Source: Monocercomonoides exilis PA203 (lineage: Eukaryota; Protista; Preaxostyla). Taken from it: DNA of 64,000 nt. The notes beneath the pieces are model-generated. The model was not told where the DNA came from and made no database searches. It saw only the letters and a list, made by a program, of their open reading frames with translations. The translations under genes and the position numbers were made by a program. The DNA lies in contig LSRY02000065.1 in the NCBI GenBank assembly GCA_001643675.2, positions 186,001 through 250,000 on the forward strand. Reading direction: 5' to 3'. Position 1 is the stretch's first letter, and every line of letters begins with the position of its first letter. Shown piece after piece: positions 46,259-59,300 of this stretch.

Positions 46259-48512
46259 ATTTGATTTGATTTAATTTAATTTTTTTTTTTTTTGAACTGA
46301 TCAGATAATGTTGATGAGCAAATTTCAAAAAATGAAGCTGGATAAGAGGTGCAGAAAAATTATTTGCATGAATCGAGAAGAATAATTATTTGTGGTGCTT
46401 TTTCATTGTGCGAAGACCGATGAGCAAACGCCCTGGTGGAAATGCTTTGTTGGTTGAAAATCAGTTTATTTATGAAATGAATGTTCAGATCAATTAATTT
46501 TTTGCTGCATTTTCTGAAAGAGAAGAGTTGGGATAGCATTGCCATTCTGATAGCTCGCCAATCTTCATCTTTGCTGTACCTCATCATTTCACATAACTTT
46601 TTGTATTCATTTTGTATTCAATTGTTTTATTTTTTGTTGTTGTTGTGTTTGTGTATTTTTCCGACCGGAAGTTTTAGAAGATAGCATTTCGCAAAATATT
46701 TTTCTTTTCAACAATTGTTTTTTCTGGCTGTAATGTTATTGTTCCTTTTTCATCCATATTTCTCTTATTAGTGTCAACTTTTTTTTGGGCTTTTTCTTTA
46801 TCAGCACCCTTTTTTGTTTTTGTTTGCTAGTTTCAGAAAAGCACGTAATTGCGTTCATCATTTGTACGCATGCTTTAGGCTGGTTTTTTCCATTTTATTC
46901 ATTAACCGCTTTTTCTGTTTTCATTCTTTCTCACCAAGATATTCTGGTTTTTCAGTTCTTTTTGAAAGAGCTTTTTTTGAGCAGCAAAGCTTTTTGAAAG
47001 AATGTGAAATAGAGCTTCAAGCAATGTTGACTTTTATCCATTTGTCATTCAAAGTTCAAATTTCACAACCTTTTTTATCACATTATCAACACTTCATTAA
47101 ACAGTAAAGAAATTATTTGATTTTTTTCTTTCATGTTGATGAGAATGCTTGAAGTTTGCAAGAGTTAATTGAAGAAAAATTCACATTTTGAAACGAATTG
47201 TGATGCGTTTATTGCTGTTTTTTTCATTGGTTTGTTTCTCATTTCCAGTCATCAAAATATGATTTTCCACTTCAAAAAGACACGTTGATGTGTGTATTTC
47301 CATCAATCACCAATATGTCACAGTGTAGAATATCATTGACAACGCAGATTCATTGTTGTTGATGAAAGAATTAATATGATATTCTCAACAGTTGAGTTCA
47401 AAACAAAAACGGAGAATTGAAGAGTTTTGTGGAAATCGATAAATCGAACAAATGATAGATTGTTATTCACAAAAATTGATAATTCTTTCACAAATACAAC
47501 ACTTCTATAAAAAAAAATATTGTTGTGTGAGATATATTGTTTACTGATGCATAAATGTGAATATTATAATAATATAATTTTTGAAACTCGTTGAGAAATA
47601 TGAAATAAAAAAAGAAGAACACTTTGGAAAAAGTCTGGGTTAATAAATCACCATCAAATAACCAAATAATATTTTTGACTTTATAAAACTGCAATATATA
47701 TATTTCTCAACGTTTGTTTTTTGTTAGACGATTTAAAACTTTTGGGATGAATCAAAATGCGAATAATGATTTAAAGATTTTTAAAATAAAAAGTGAAATG
47801 AAAAATTGATTTCAGACAACTCATCAAGTCACTTCGAAAAACCAAATTTGAGGAATTTTCCAAAGATCAAATTATTGTTGGTCAAGGATTGTGTTATTCA
47901 CCAAAAAATCATTGAGAACAATTCAAATACGAAAATAAATCTGAAAAAAAAAAAAAAAAAAAACTGAACCTCAACTACAGTCAAGGAAACGCAAAGAAAA
48001 GAATCTGATTTCTTGATCTATGATAGCACATATTACAGACAAATTTTAGATGGTCAAACTAACATTAGAAAAAAATTAAAAGATAAATTTAAATTAAAAT
48101 TGAATAAATCAAAAATAAAAATCAAAATTAATAAATTAATAAATAAATTCAACTTTATAACTCCTCTGTGCAGTTTGTTGTTTCTCTTTCACAAATAAAA
48201 AATTAATCTCAACAACTAAACATATATAGCAAAATATAAGGAAAAAATAACGAAATTAATGAAGATAATAATTTCTTTGAATGTGCATTAATAATGATCT
48301 GAATTTCAAAACAAAACATTCTTTTAGAAAACAAATAAGTCAATACATATATAAATTCCAAAAAATGCACAAAAAGAAACGTAATCAATGTCTGAATTTT
48401 AATAGATCATGACTTGTGACTTCCATATGGCTTAATGGCAGTACGTCGACAATAACATCAGTAACAGAAATAATTGCTCATTCATAAAAAAACTAAATAT
48501 CAAGAATCCCTG

Positions 48513-51500
48513 TTACAATGAGTATCCAACCATGTCTTGTGTCACATCATCACTTTCCATCTGGATCTTCTTTCTCTCATCGTCCAGAAGAGGCTCTCTG
48601 CTCATGCGACCTTTAAAGCTCGATGCCTTCCACTTCTTTTTGCAGCAGCCACAGAACAATTTCCCGCTGAATATGAATTCCACCACTGGAATCAGCTTCC
48701 CAATGTAATTCAAATACACAAAAGTTCCTCCCAACGCAGTGATCAGGCCAACAGCCGACGTCTTAAACGACCTCGTCGTCACAACCACCGTCTGCGACAG
48801 CTCCACAAGCACATCCACACCCACACTCAGCGCAAGGCTTAATCCGCTGTTCTTCACTTGAGAGCCTGGCTTGATTGAAATCCTGCTCGCTTCGTGCCCC
48901 ATCTGCACAATGTGCTTCCACTTGTTCTCTTCATACTTGCTAACCATCAGCTCAGCAACAACCTGCGTTTGCTCTCCGCCTTTGAAAATATGTGACGGAT
49001 CCCCATCAAAATGACTTTCTGCTTGCGACTGGTACGAAGAGTCAATGAAGAAGTACCCTTTCTGCTGTGTTATTCCAGAATCAACTGAAATGAATCCATC
49101 GATCCCATAAAAGAACGCATCTTTCTCTTTCGAATAGAACGACAGAAGTTTTGCTCTTCTTTCAATCGTATCAACGCTTATATTCTCTCCTGAAAGTCGA
49201 ATTGAACAGTCTGTTGTTGATGCGAATAATTTGTTTGGAGACGGAGATTGACTGCATCTTGGCTCGATAGCAACCGGCTCGGTGGGATAAATATCTGAAA
49301 AGTTTCATTTTTGAAACAGCAAGCAAAGCAGATAATGAAACAAGAAATATAAAAACAAGTAATTTTTCAAAGATAAACTTTAATATTTTTGTAAAAAAAA
49401 TAACAACGTACTTAGTGGGTCATATGACGTTTTTCCGATCCCAAGAAGTGGAGAGCATTCGCCTTGTGCTTCAGCATGTTTGTCTTTCACATCCTTCACG
49501 CATTCCCCTGAATAATCTCTCAACCGAATTATGAACTCCATCTTTTTGTTTGTGTATTTATCCAGCGTAATGTTCTGGATTTTTGAGTCAACATAAATCC
49601 GATTCTCGAGCGTGTTGATCAAAAAGAATAACACAATCACTGCTGAAGCTGCACCAACCACAAAGCAAATCCCAATTATCGAAACACATCCGCCATAACT
49701 CGTTTTCTTTACGGTCTTTATTGCTTTGTGTGTCTTTTCATCCAGGACATCCTTGTAAGTATTGGAGTATTGATCCAGTTTGTACAGTTTGTCTCGTGTT
49801 GGCAGGCAAAAGCACACAACTGCCACAATCAAGCCAAGTGTCAGTGAAACACCATAAAACAACACTGTGAACATTGTTTCTTTGTTCGAATTAGGATCAT
49901 ACGATTTTGGCTGCTCTGTGCACTCAAACAGCTTTCTCTGCAACGTGTTGTTGTTTGCAGCTGATCCAACAATACAGCTGCTGTTTGATTCACAATATGT
50001 GCAATTATAATGGTTAATTTCTGACATGAATGTGCCTTCTTCGCAGGGAACACATGAATAAATCGATGTTCCAGATCCTCCTAAAAATGCACCAATTGGG
50101 CATTTTTCGCATTCTGTTTGATTCAAGTGTGAAGAATATGATCCCCAACACAGATCACATTTATTTGTTTCATTGTTAAAATATGATCCTGGAGCGCAGC
50201 CAGAAAGGTGACTCTTCAATTTTATTCTTGTGAGCTTGTTTGTGGCAATCGGAAGTGGGGTCATTCTGTCGCTCACTGCGTATCCGCCAAGACAATAAAG
50301 TGAATCGAGCACAAAAACGCAGCTGCCATGCACTAAAGGGAAATCCATTTCCTCTCTATCTTCATCATATTTGTGTGTGGCAAGTTTGATTTCTCCGTAT
50401 TCATCGAATGTGAATACGGATAAGTATGATTTCTTTGCAACGCCAGATTCCTCTCCTCCGACAACAAATACTATTTCTCCATCGCCAACAACAACTCCAG
50501 AGCTACCAATAGGGAATTTTGGACCCTTTAATTTTATCCATCCTCCATAAGAAGTAGAAACCTCGAGCGGATGTGCAAAGCAACCTTCAATTGGCCTTTC
50601 TTTTTCATCTCCACCACAAACAAATAAATGTGGAATTGGCTTTTGATCGTCTCCTTTAACTTTTTCATTCAAAGCTTTCAATTTTTCCATTTCATATTTC
50701 GAATATTGGCTTTTGCTTTTTTTATGATTAATTAAGTGTTCTCTTGGAATAATGCTTTTCACAAATATTGTTGGTCTCTGAGCTGCAGTGTTCATTTCCA
50801 TAACTTTGATCCATTCTGATGTGGCAAAATTGAATGCCCATATGTCTTTCTGCAGAATTTTGTTCATATCGCAGCCTCCAGCAATGTACAACACCGATTC
50901 ATATATTGTCGCACCAGAACGGCACATTTTCGGTGGTTTGAAATCATTTTTCACTCTTATTTTTTGCCAAGTATGTGAAACGTCATTATATTCAAAAAGG
51001 TCATTGCTCATTGTTGCAAAATCTCCGTCGTTATCATAAGTCGCTCCGCCAAATACGAAAATTCTTCCACTCAATGCAGCAACTGCAGCTTCTGCAACAA
51101 ATGGAACTTCTTCAGAACAATATTGAAAATCTAATGGTTCTATCCATTCCCCATTACTAGGACTGAATATTCTGTTAATTGCCATCATTTTCTTTTGTTC
51201 GGGGTTGTATCCTCCCACAACAGCTATTGCTCCGCTCAATTCAGCAAGACGATGTTTTGTTACAGGAAGCGAAGAATCATAAGTTTTGCCTGATAATCCA
51301 AATACATTGTTTCTCTTTTTGTTCAGAGGAAAAGAGAAGAATGCAGATTTATTGGTCAGAAATGAGTTGATGGCTTTTTGACTATCTGAGTCTGCCCATT
51401 TTTCTTTAGATATGAGATAAATGTCGTTAATTGCATAATTTCCGTTTTTTCCACCAAATGCATACAAGGTTCCTTCTTCGTCCATCGTGCAAGATGTTCC

Positions 51501-52433
51501 CATTTTACCGAACCTCAAATAAAATGAAAAGCCATTCAACGTGAAATTTTTCACCTCGGGGTTGATCCCTGCAGCAGTCAGATTCAAAACAAATAAGACA
51601 TCTAATGGTTCTGTATTTGTTCCTTCCTTCCCACACCATATAAATCCGAAGCATTCTGTTTCCGAACTGTAACTTGTGAATCCAGATCGAAAAATAGCTC
51701 CACTAAAAGGATAATTAGTAATTATTTCAATTAACTGGCAATCATCTGGATTTGACAGTTTTATCCTGTAAACATTTGGCTTGTCATCAATATTATTTGT
51801 CAGGCCCCCAAAAATAAACAAATAATCTTTGAACACGCATGCGCCTCCATCACGAAGCGGGGGTGGATTTTTTGTCTGATCATTTTCGCGCAAGCAATGC
51901 CACAAAAATGTCTGTTTGTCCAGTTCCCACAAATCATTCAAAAGTCCGTGAATTCCCTGCCCACCAAAAATATAAACACGAGATGGCGTTTCCACCATGC
52001 AGGGGGCATATCTCTCGCAGGGAATCCTTCCTGATTGCGGGAAGATTTCCCAAGAGCCTTGTTCAAAATCAAATGAAAGCAATTCTTTGGAAAGCCCGCG
52101 ACTGGTTAGGCCACCCCAAATATACATAACGCCTTCAACGCAGAATGATACGCACATGTACCGATCGGGAAGAACATCAAGATTTGTCGTTGGAGCAATA
52201 TTCCACAAATTCCGGTTCAAATCAAAAAAATATGCATCTTTAATGATATTTCCATCAACACCCCTTCCACCACCGATAAACAACCCTTTTCTTTTCGTGC
52301 TGTTGATGAAATGGAAAAATGAACCTTCGCGGGGACAAGGCGGAGGGCCAGTATTTGGCACACTTTCAACTGCTTCCACCAAATCCATATCTTCAGAGAA
52401 AACGATTTGGATGCAGCACAAAATTATGAGCAT
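48513..52433 (-). CDS. Kelch-repeat membrane protein with Cys-rich (ephrin-receptor-like/GCC2-GCC3) repeats and ~3 TM segments, 2 exons
   Basis: Kelch motifs (MYIWGG, VYIFGGQG..LLNDLW, LFIFGG, LYAFGG, IFVFGG, LYIAGG); CAPGSYF...CEKCPIGAF...CVPCEEGTF; hydrophobic helices. Intron 49295-49411 joins the ORF in frame to 48513-49294. Confidence 0.8.
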
Positions 52434-52991
52434 AACAATGTGATAAATCGATAACTCCGAATCTTCCCTGTAGTTATTAAAAAACCGACTTCTGAAACAA
52501 TCAATTTAATAATGGGCATTTTGAAGAAAAGTTGAAAGTTTTTCAAACGAGTGAATAATGGAAAAAGTGCTTTGTTATATTGAAGAGAGATTTGAAAATA
52601 TTAAAATGAATTTTCTATTAATGAACTTGATATTTTCACTCCAATTATAACTAATAGATTTATTTTTCTAGATTTTTCGAGCAAGACATGTCAAAGTGCC
52701 TTTTTCAAAATACTTGTTGGACCTGTGTTAAACGACATCGTATTTTTCGATCTGCTGGCTACTTTGAAAAAAATAACGAAAGAAAAGAATAATATTTTTT
52801 TCCTTATCATGGAAATAACATCACTTCCATCATCATATTATTATAATTATTATTTGATTTTAATTATTATGAAAAAAAGAAAACAACTCACTATCATTCA
52901 ATCGTTCAATCTATTGTTATGAATGCAAATTTATAAAACTGCAATTTCTATGAACTGTGTTGTTCATTATTAAAATACAAAAATAAAATAT

Positions 52992-53249
52992 GGGTGATTG
53001 TTTTTGAAATCATATATTTTTTCGGGGTGTTGATTTTTCAAAGACAGTCAGTTTTTTGAAAGACAATTATTTTTTCATAAGAAAAGAAGCATAATGATTA
53101 TTTCCAATAACTAATGGTTATTCCGAATCAAAGATTAAAATGTATTCAATAAGCCTTTTCACTTTTCAAAGTTTATTTATTGATATTCAAGAAATATTTT
53201 TGCACCGAAATTTTTGAATGAAAAATAATGATTTCAAAAATAATCACCC
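52992..53249. mobile_element. MITE family A, copy 2 (GGGTGATTGTTTTTGAAATCAT...ATGATTTCAAAAATAATCACCC, ATAT target duplication)
   Basis: 22-bp TIR with one mismatch; ATAT at 52988-52991 and 53250-53253; termini match 6871-7111. Confidence 0.8.
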
Positions 53250-53363
53250 ATATGATTACACAAATACAATTGGGTAAAATTCAAATGAAATTCCCATAAA
53301 TGTTTTTGTATTGAAAAACAAAAAAGTGAAGTTTTGAAATATGCACATTATTTGAAAAAAAAT

Positions 53364-53631
53364 GGGGGAAAATACTGATTATCAAGCGTTTTTTGCACTT
53401 AGCACAAAAAAATTGCTTTACTCATAACATTGTTTCTCCCACTCAGATTTCATAATAAATTTGATTTTCAAATGCTTAAATAGGCATTGTAGAAATAAAA
53501 ATAAAAGGTTTTCCGATATTTCGTGTTTGTCAAAAAATAAACACATTTTTATTATGTTTTTTGACAGAAAAAAGTCAACGAAAAGTGCATAATTTTTCTA
53601 TGAAAATGCCTGAAGTGAAATATTTTGCCCC
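53364..53631. mobile_element. MITE family B, copy 2
   Basis: GGGGGAAAATA...TATTTTGCCCC; shares internal blocks (ctcataac, ctcagatttc, aataaatttgattttcaaat, tcaacgaaa, gtgcataattttt, atgaaaatgcctgaagtgaaatatttt) with 8730-8998; flanks AAAT/ATAT. Confidence 0.8.
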
Positions 53632-54549
53632 ATATCAACTTTTTTTATATTGAATGTTGTTTATTTGATAAGCACGAACAACAAAACTTTCAATTGTTGA
53701 CTGTTGATTATTGAAAACATGACAATCCACAACAAACTTTCAGATAAATAATTCTATAACAAAAATTATAACATTCAATGATATTTAAATCTTTCCAAAA
53801 AATTTGTTGACAAATACAGATTATTCAGAATTAATAACAACATTCAATACAGCAATTTGTTCACTCCTTCAAATCTTTAACAGTCACATCTCAATTTGTT
53901 GTGTTCAATTGTTGTCATATTCTTCTCAGAATGTGACTCTTATAGATTTATTTAGCATTTATTGTTATCGTGCACAATCACTGATAAAAATGGAATGAAA
54001 TTTGCATTTTTATTAACATTATTTCATGATATTCCTGCTTTTAATTAATTTGTCAAGCGATATCTTCAATTTTCACTATCAGACAACGGTGATTGTTTTT
54101 TTATTCATATCTTAATTCTGGATGTTAAGAATCTGATGATTTGTTGTCATTGCCTTGAAATGTTTATGAACTGATGCAATTTCAAACACAGAGTTTTTGA
54201 TGAAAGAAAACAATGATTTAATTCATCTTTGTTATTTCTTTTTCCAGTTCGTTTGAAACATCGAAAATAAAATTTCAAACCAATATACTTGAAAGAGAAA
54301 AATTGATTTCAAAAAGAATCACCCATTTTGTTGCAACAGATTATGCCAAACCACATGTGAATAATTTCTGTTTAACTGTATGTTGTGAAAAAAAATGAAA
54401 AAAAAAAAAAATATAAGTTCTCCAACAATGTGAGTTCGAATTGGTTTTCATTCTTTGAAAGAATCGATAAATCATTTATAAGATGAAGGTGATATTGAAG
54501 AATGAGGGACACATTATGATTAATTTCTTGTTATTTTTTTCGGTTATTA

Positions 54550-55579
54550 CACCAAAAATAATTCTAATTCGAAAAAGAATAATTCAATTTCGTAATTAAT
54601 ATTTCAATTTCGAAAATTAATAATTCGAATTCGGAATTAATATTTCAATTTCGAAAAAAAATAATTCAATTTCGTAATTAATAATTCAATTTCGTAATTT
54701 ATTAATTCGATTTCGAAAAAGAATAATTCAATTTCGAAACGTAAATTTTTTTTGATTTGTGGAATGAATAACTAGTGATTGGGGTTTTAAATTCTTTAAA
54801 TTTTTATCTCATCAGCAAATTTTGTTTATCAATATTTGAAAAATGATGCATTTTCATAAAAAAATTTTCTTTCATTTTGAATAAAGATTTATTGATTGAA
54901 GTTAATTTGAAAAGGAAATAAATACATTATAATGTTTAAAACCGATATTATCCAAAATTTTGCCAATGAAACAATCACATTATTGTGAAGAAATAATTCA
55001 ATAATCGTGATAAAATTTTTTTAATTTTTATTTGGTAATTCTATAGAATGAATTTTTATTAAATTATTATTATTTGAGTGATGATTTTCGAAAATGAAAA
55101 AAAAATTTTTAAAAAATTGATTTATTGATTGTTGCAATAAAAAAAACAGTTTTCTATGAGAAATAAAATTTGATTGGTTAAAAAATAACTTGAACTTTTC
55201 TGAAATCCATTCTCGAGAAAAATTAAAATTTCAGTTTTTAATGAATTACGAAATTGAAATATTCATTTTCGAAATTGAAATATTCTTTTTCGAAATCGAA
55301 TTAATAAATTACGAAATTGAATTATTAATTCCGAATTCGAATTATTTTTTTTCGATTTTGAATTATTAATTCCGAAATCGAATTATTTTTTTTCGAATTC
55401 GAATTATTAATTCCGAATTCGAATTATTTTTTTTCGATTTTGAATTATTAATTCCGAAATCGAATTATTTTTTTTCGAATTCGAATTATTAATTCCGAAT
55501 TTGAATTTTTTTTTTTCGAAATTGAAATATTAATTCCGAATTCGAATTATTAATTTTCGAAATTGAATTATTTTTGGTG
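54550..55579. mobile_element. Foldback-like non-autonomous element (family C): long inverted arms built of ~19-21-bp tandem units, TA flanks
   Basis: TA|CACCAAAAATAATTC...GAATTATTTTTGGTG|TA; left arm ~54550-54740 and right arm ~55243-55579 made of TTCG(A/G/T)AA-centred units in opposite orientation. Confidence 0.85.
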
Positions 55580-56369
55580 TATTTGACACTTTGGAAAAAC
55601 AACAAAATCGAAATGAAAATGTCAAAAAACTATCTTCCACATGAATAAAAAACTATGTCACAAGAACAAAATGTTTTTAGTGTCATTGTTCATTCTGAAT
55701 GAAAATTTTCAAAATAGGTCGAATTCAGTGATAACAATTTTCATAAGCAAATTAACTTCACATTTGTGATCATTTTTCACATCATATCTTTTTTTGAATG
55801 TGGATAACGACTGAGTTCATTTCATTTGCAACTTTATTTTCGTTAAAATGTTCTGTTCATCGAAGATAATCCTAAAACAAATTTGAGACAAAAGAAAATC
55901 AACGAATTAAATTTTTGAAGTTATCTTTTTTGGGTTCATTTTCAAGTTTCACGAACAGATTTTTCAACCGAAGCTGTTGAATGAAAATAATAAGAGAAAA
56001 AAAGAATTACTCGTTTCTTTCAATGATTCTTTCATCATTATTATCTTGAAAAACAAAACAAAAAACATTTGTAAAGTCAAAAAGAAAAAAAAAAAATATA
56101 ACAACAATAAAAATTCAATCCTTATTTGCTTTCAGATTTCTAAACAGGATAACATCCCTCCGAACAATTTGCGTTCAAAAAGCTAAAATCACAAAAAAAA
56201 AAAAAAAAAAAAAATATCAAATTCGAACTGACTCATGAACATACCCAACACAAACAGATGCCACACACCTTGGAATATCAACAGCGCAAAAGAAAATGCC
56301 AACACCAGAAATGATACAAGCACACAAATACATAAAATGAAAATTCAAACAATTTTCCTCAAAGACCGT

Positions 56370-59300
56370 TCAACTCAGAAACAACAGCCTCTGCTTTGCT
56401 GCCAGGAAAGAAGCCAGCAAATAATCGAAAGAAGGAGAAGCAGAATGAAGCATTTCCACAAGCTCCTCGCAGCTGCCAGGCATCGTGTAGTACGCACTCA
56501 TCTGCCCCGAAGCTGAATTCTTTCTGTGCTGTGCTTTCTCTGCCTCCGCTCTCTCCTGCTCCACTTCATACATCTCATCTCCTTCCCTTGTTGTGTTCAA
56601 AGAGTGCATGAACTGTGCATCAGCTTCCCCTTTCACAACCAGCTCTGCAAATGGCTGCGGAGAGGCAAACTTGGCAATGTCGGCTGAAACAGAGCGGCTC
56701 TCAGTGCTCAGCACAGAAGTGAACACAGACAGCCGCTGGGCTTCTGCAGCAGACTGAGCTGACAGAAGAGACGATGCAAAGGAAGACTGCGAAGCGCAGG
56801 TGGGGAACTGGAGGCGGTGCTGGCGAGACAGTTTCGAAGGGGAATAGCGAAGAGCAAAGGGAAAGGCAAGCGACAAGAACGGGGTTGACTTGCACGACGA
56901 CGCAGCAAAGAAGACTGCTGGCTTGTGCAAGGGGGTGAACAGGATCAGCGCATTCGGCGAGGCAAGGCGCATTTGCAGCTCACTCGCTTTTTGGCTGTCT
57001 GCTCTCTTTTCCTGTCGCTTTTGAGGGGAAAGAGAACGAGAGCGCTTCAATGAAGAATGAGAATGCTGCTCAGAAAAAGCAGATGTGTCAGAAAGTGTTT
57101 GTGGATCTGACGAACTCACCGAAGATCCAACAGAAGATGAGGGGAATGCAGACGCACAAGAAGAAGAAAATGAAGAAGAAGAAGAAACATTCAATGAAAG
57201 TGCTGAAGATGAGACAGAAGAAGAGCAGTTGAGTGAACGATGAAGCGGATCTTGCAATCCAGAGGAATCAGCAGAAACAAGATATCTCAACGGATCTGTT
57301 GGAGGAAGCGAAGCACATTTTGAGCAGCTGCATTTCAGGCGATGGAGGAACAGCAGCTGAGAATGCGACAGCTCTTTCTCTTTGGCAGACACCCCCAGAC
57401 GGGATGTGCTGTCAGCCACAAGCAGCGGCAGCTCCTTGTGCGCGGATGGAAACGGGGTGAGTGCAATGGGCGCAGAAGGAGACGACGGGAATGCCAGCAC
57501 CGCAGAGTCCTTCATCTTCTCCACTGTTGGCACACACAAAGAAGAAGAAGAAGAAGAATACTTCCTCTGCCTCAGTCTTGAGTGTCGCATCTGTCTTTCA
57601 TTGGATGTTCTCTTGAGATCGCAGGGTGCAACAGAACATTGCCGTGCAGTGGACTTCCAAGTGGTGTGGCGGTGGAGAATGGCCAGCGAATCGAGAGAGG
57701 CAGAGGCGATTGTGCTTTTGGTGGTGGTGGAATTGGGCTTCACAAACAGAGAAGCACTGGCAATTGGGATTGCAGCAATGCACTTCATTTCGAGATGGCT
57801 GCCTGTGGATGAAGAAGAAGAAGAAGAAGAAGAAGAAGAAATGTTTGCTGTTGAATGTTTTTTGTTGAACAAAGGAACTGAATTTGATCTGCCTCTGCCT
57901 TTTTGATCGGAATAGCTGAGCTGAGAGTCTTCAATATCAGCTGCTGAATGGTTGATGGAATGCTTTGTTGTGTGTTGTGTTTTTGACATTCTCTTCGAAA
58001 GACCATATGAATCTGTGTTCAAAGAAGAAGCCAATGAGCTTGATGAAGACAAAAGGTTTGCATCTGAGGAAGACAACTGGATTTTCCAGAGGACAAGCGA
58101 ATTGCTTGTGATTTGTGTGGCACACGGCACATGCTTCCCATCCACCAATGCCATCACCCGCGGCAGAGACGGGTCAAACGGCAGGACAGTCCCACACAGC
58201 AGCTGAATGCTGCTGCTGGACACTTCGCTCGCAAACATTGAGGAGGTGAACGACTCTGCCCGCTTCTTCAGAGAGAACATCGTTGACTGTGTGCGATTCT
58301 GTGTATGTGTCTGTGTTTTCATCAGTGTCTGTGATTGCGAATGAGAATGTGTTTGTCCCTCTGCTTTGCCTGGTGAAACAAACAATCTTCCTGTGCTCGC
58401 TTTTGTAAGCATTGCCAAGTGCTTCGAGGAAGCAGAAGAAGGCAGAAGACAATCGAGTCTGGATGTGTTTCCATCTTCATCTGCAAAAAGAGGATAATCT
58501 GTGATTCTATTGTTTCTATTGTTTCTATCACTTCTGCTTCTTCCATTGCTGTTGTTGCTGTTATTGTCTTTGTCAAGCAGAGAAAGCGAAGAAAGAGCAG
58601 CCTTCATCGACCACAGGAGCGATGTCACTCCTCTCAGCACTTCCACCTCGTCTGACGGCAGGCGCAGATAAAGCGAGGCTGCCGGCGCACGCGACGACTG
58701 CAGAACAAGAGGCCTTTCACAGAGCATTGATCGTCTTTTGGATGAGGAAGAAGAAGAATTGTTGATGGAGCGAAGGAAAGAGGATGTTGAATGGGATTGC
58801 AGCTCGTCAAAGTGGAGGGAGGACTTGAGAGAGGAAGGCTGGTACGTGCTTTGTTGGGTGTGGGGGTGCTGAGAAGGATGTGAAGATTGTGAAGAAGAAA
58901 CAGAAGAAGAAGGAGAAGCAAAAGAAGAAGAAGAAGAAGAAGAAGAAGAAGAAACAGAAGGACGAGAATTAACCACATCGCTCTTTGTTCTTCCATGGGC
59001 TGCCTTCACAGGCACAGCTGAAGGGGCAGACAAGAACATCGACTGATAAGAAGCGAAGGATGTGGATGAATGGAGCTGATTGCGAGAGAAAGGGAGCATT
59101 CCATTTGTGTCCTTTGAGGAGTGCTTTGTGGCTGCTTCTTTGCCTCTCAGCAGCAGACTGCCTGCGGAGTCAGCTTTTGCAATGGAAGAGTGAGGGTCAT
59201 GTGGTGATTGATATGATTGAGATGATTGCAATGAATTTAATGATTGAATAGATTGAATAGATTGAATTGGCTGAAGTGATTGAGGAGATAGAGGTGTTTG

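Noticed and set aside
54550-55579. Regularly spaced palindromic repeats suggesting a CRISPR array
   Set aside because: Units are contiguous with no unique spacers, arranged as inverted arms, with no cas genes, in a eukaryotic context.
56120-56369. Additional 3' exons or TM segment of the Ser-rich giant gene
   Set aside because: No convincing donor before the TGA at 56370 that restores frame; more likely 3' UTR.
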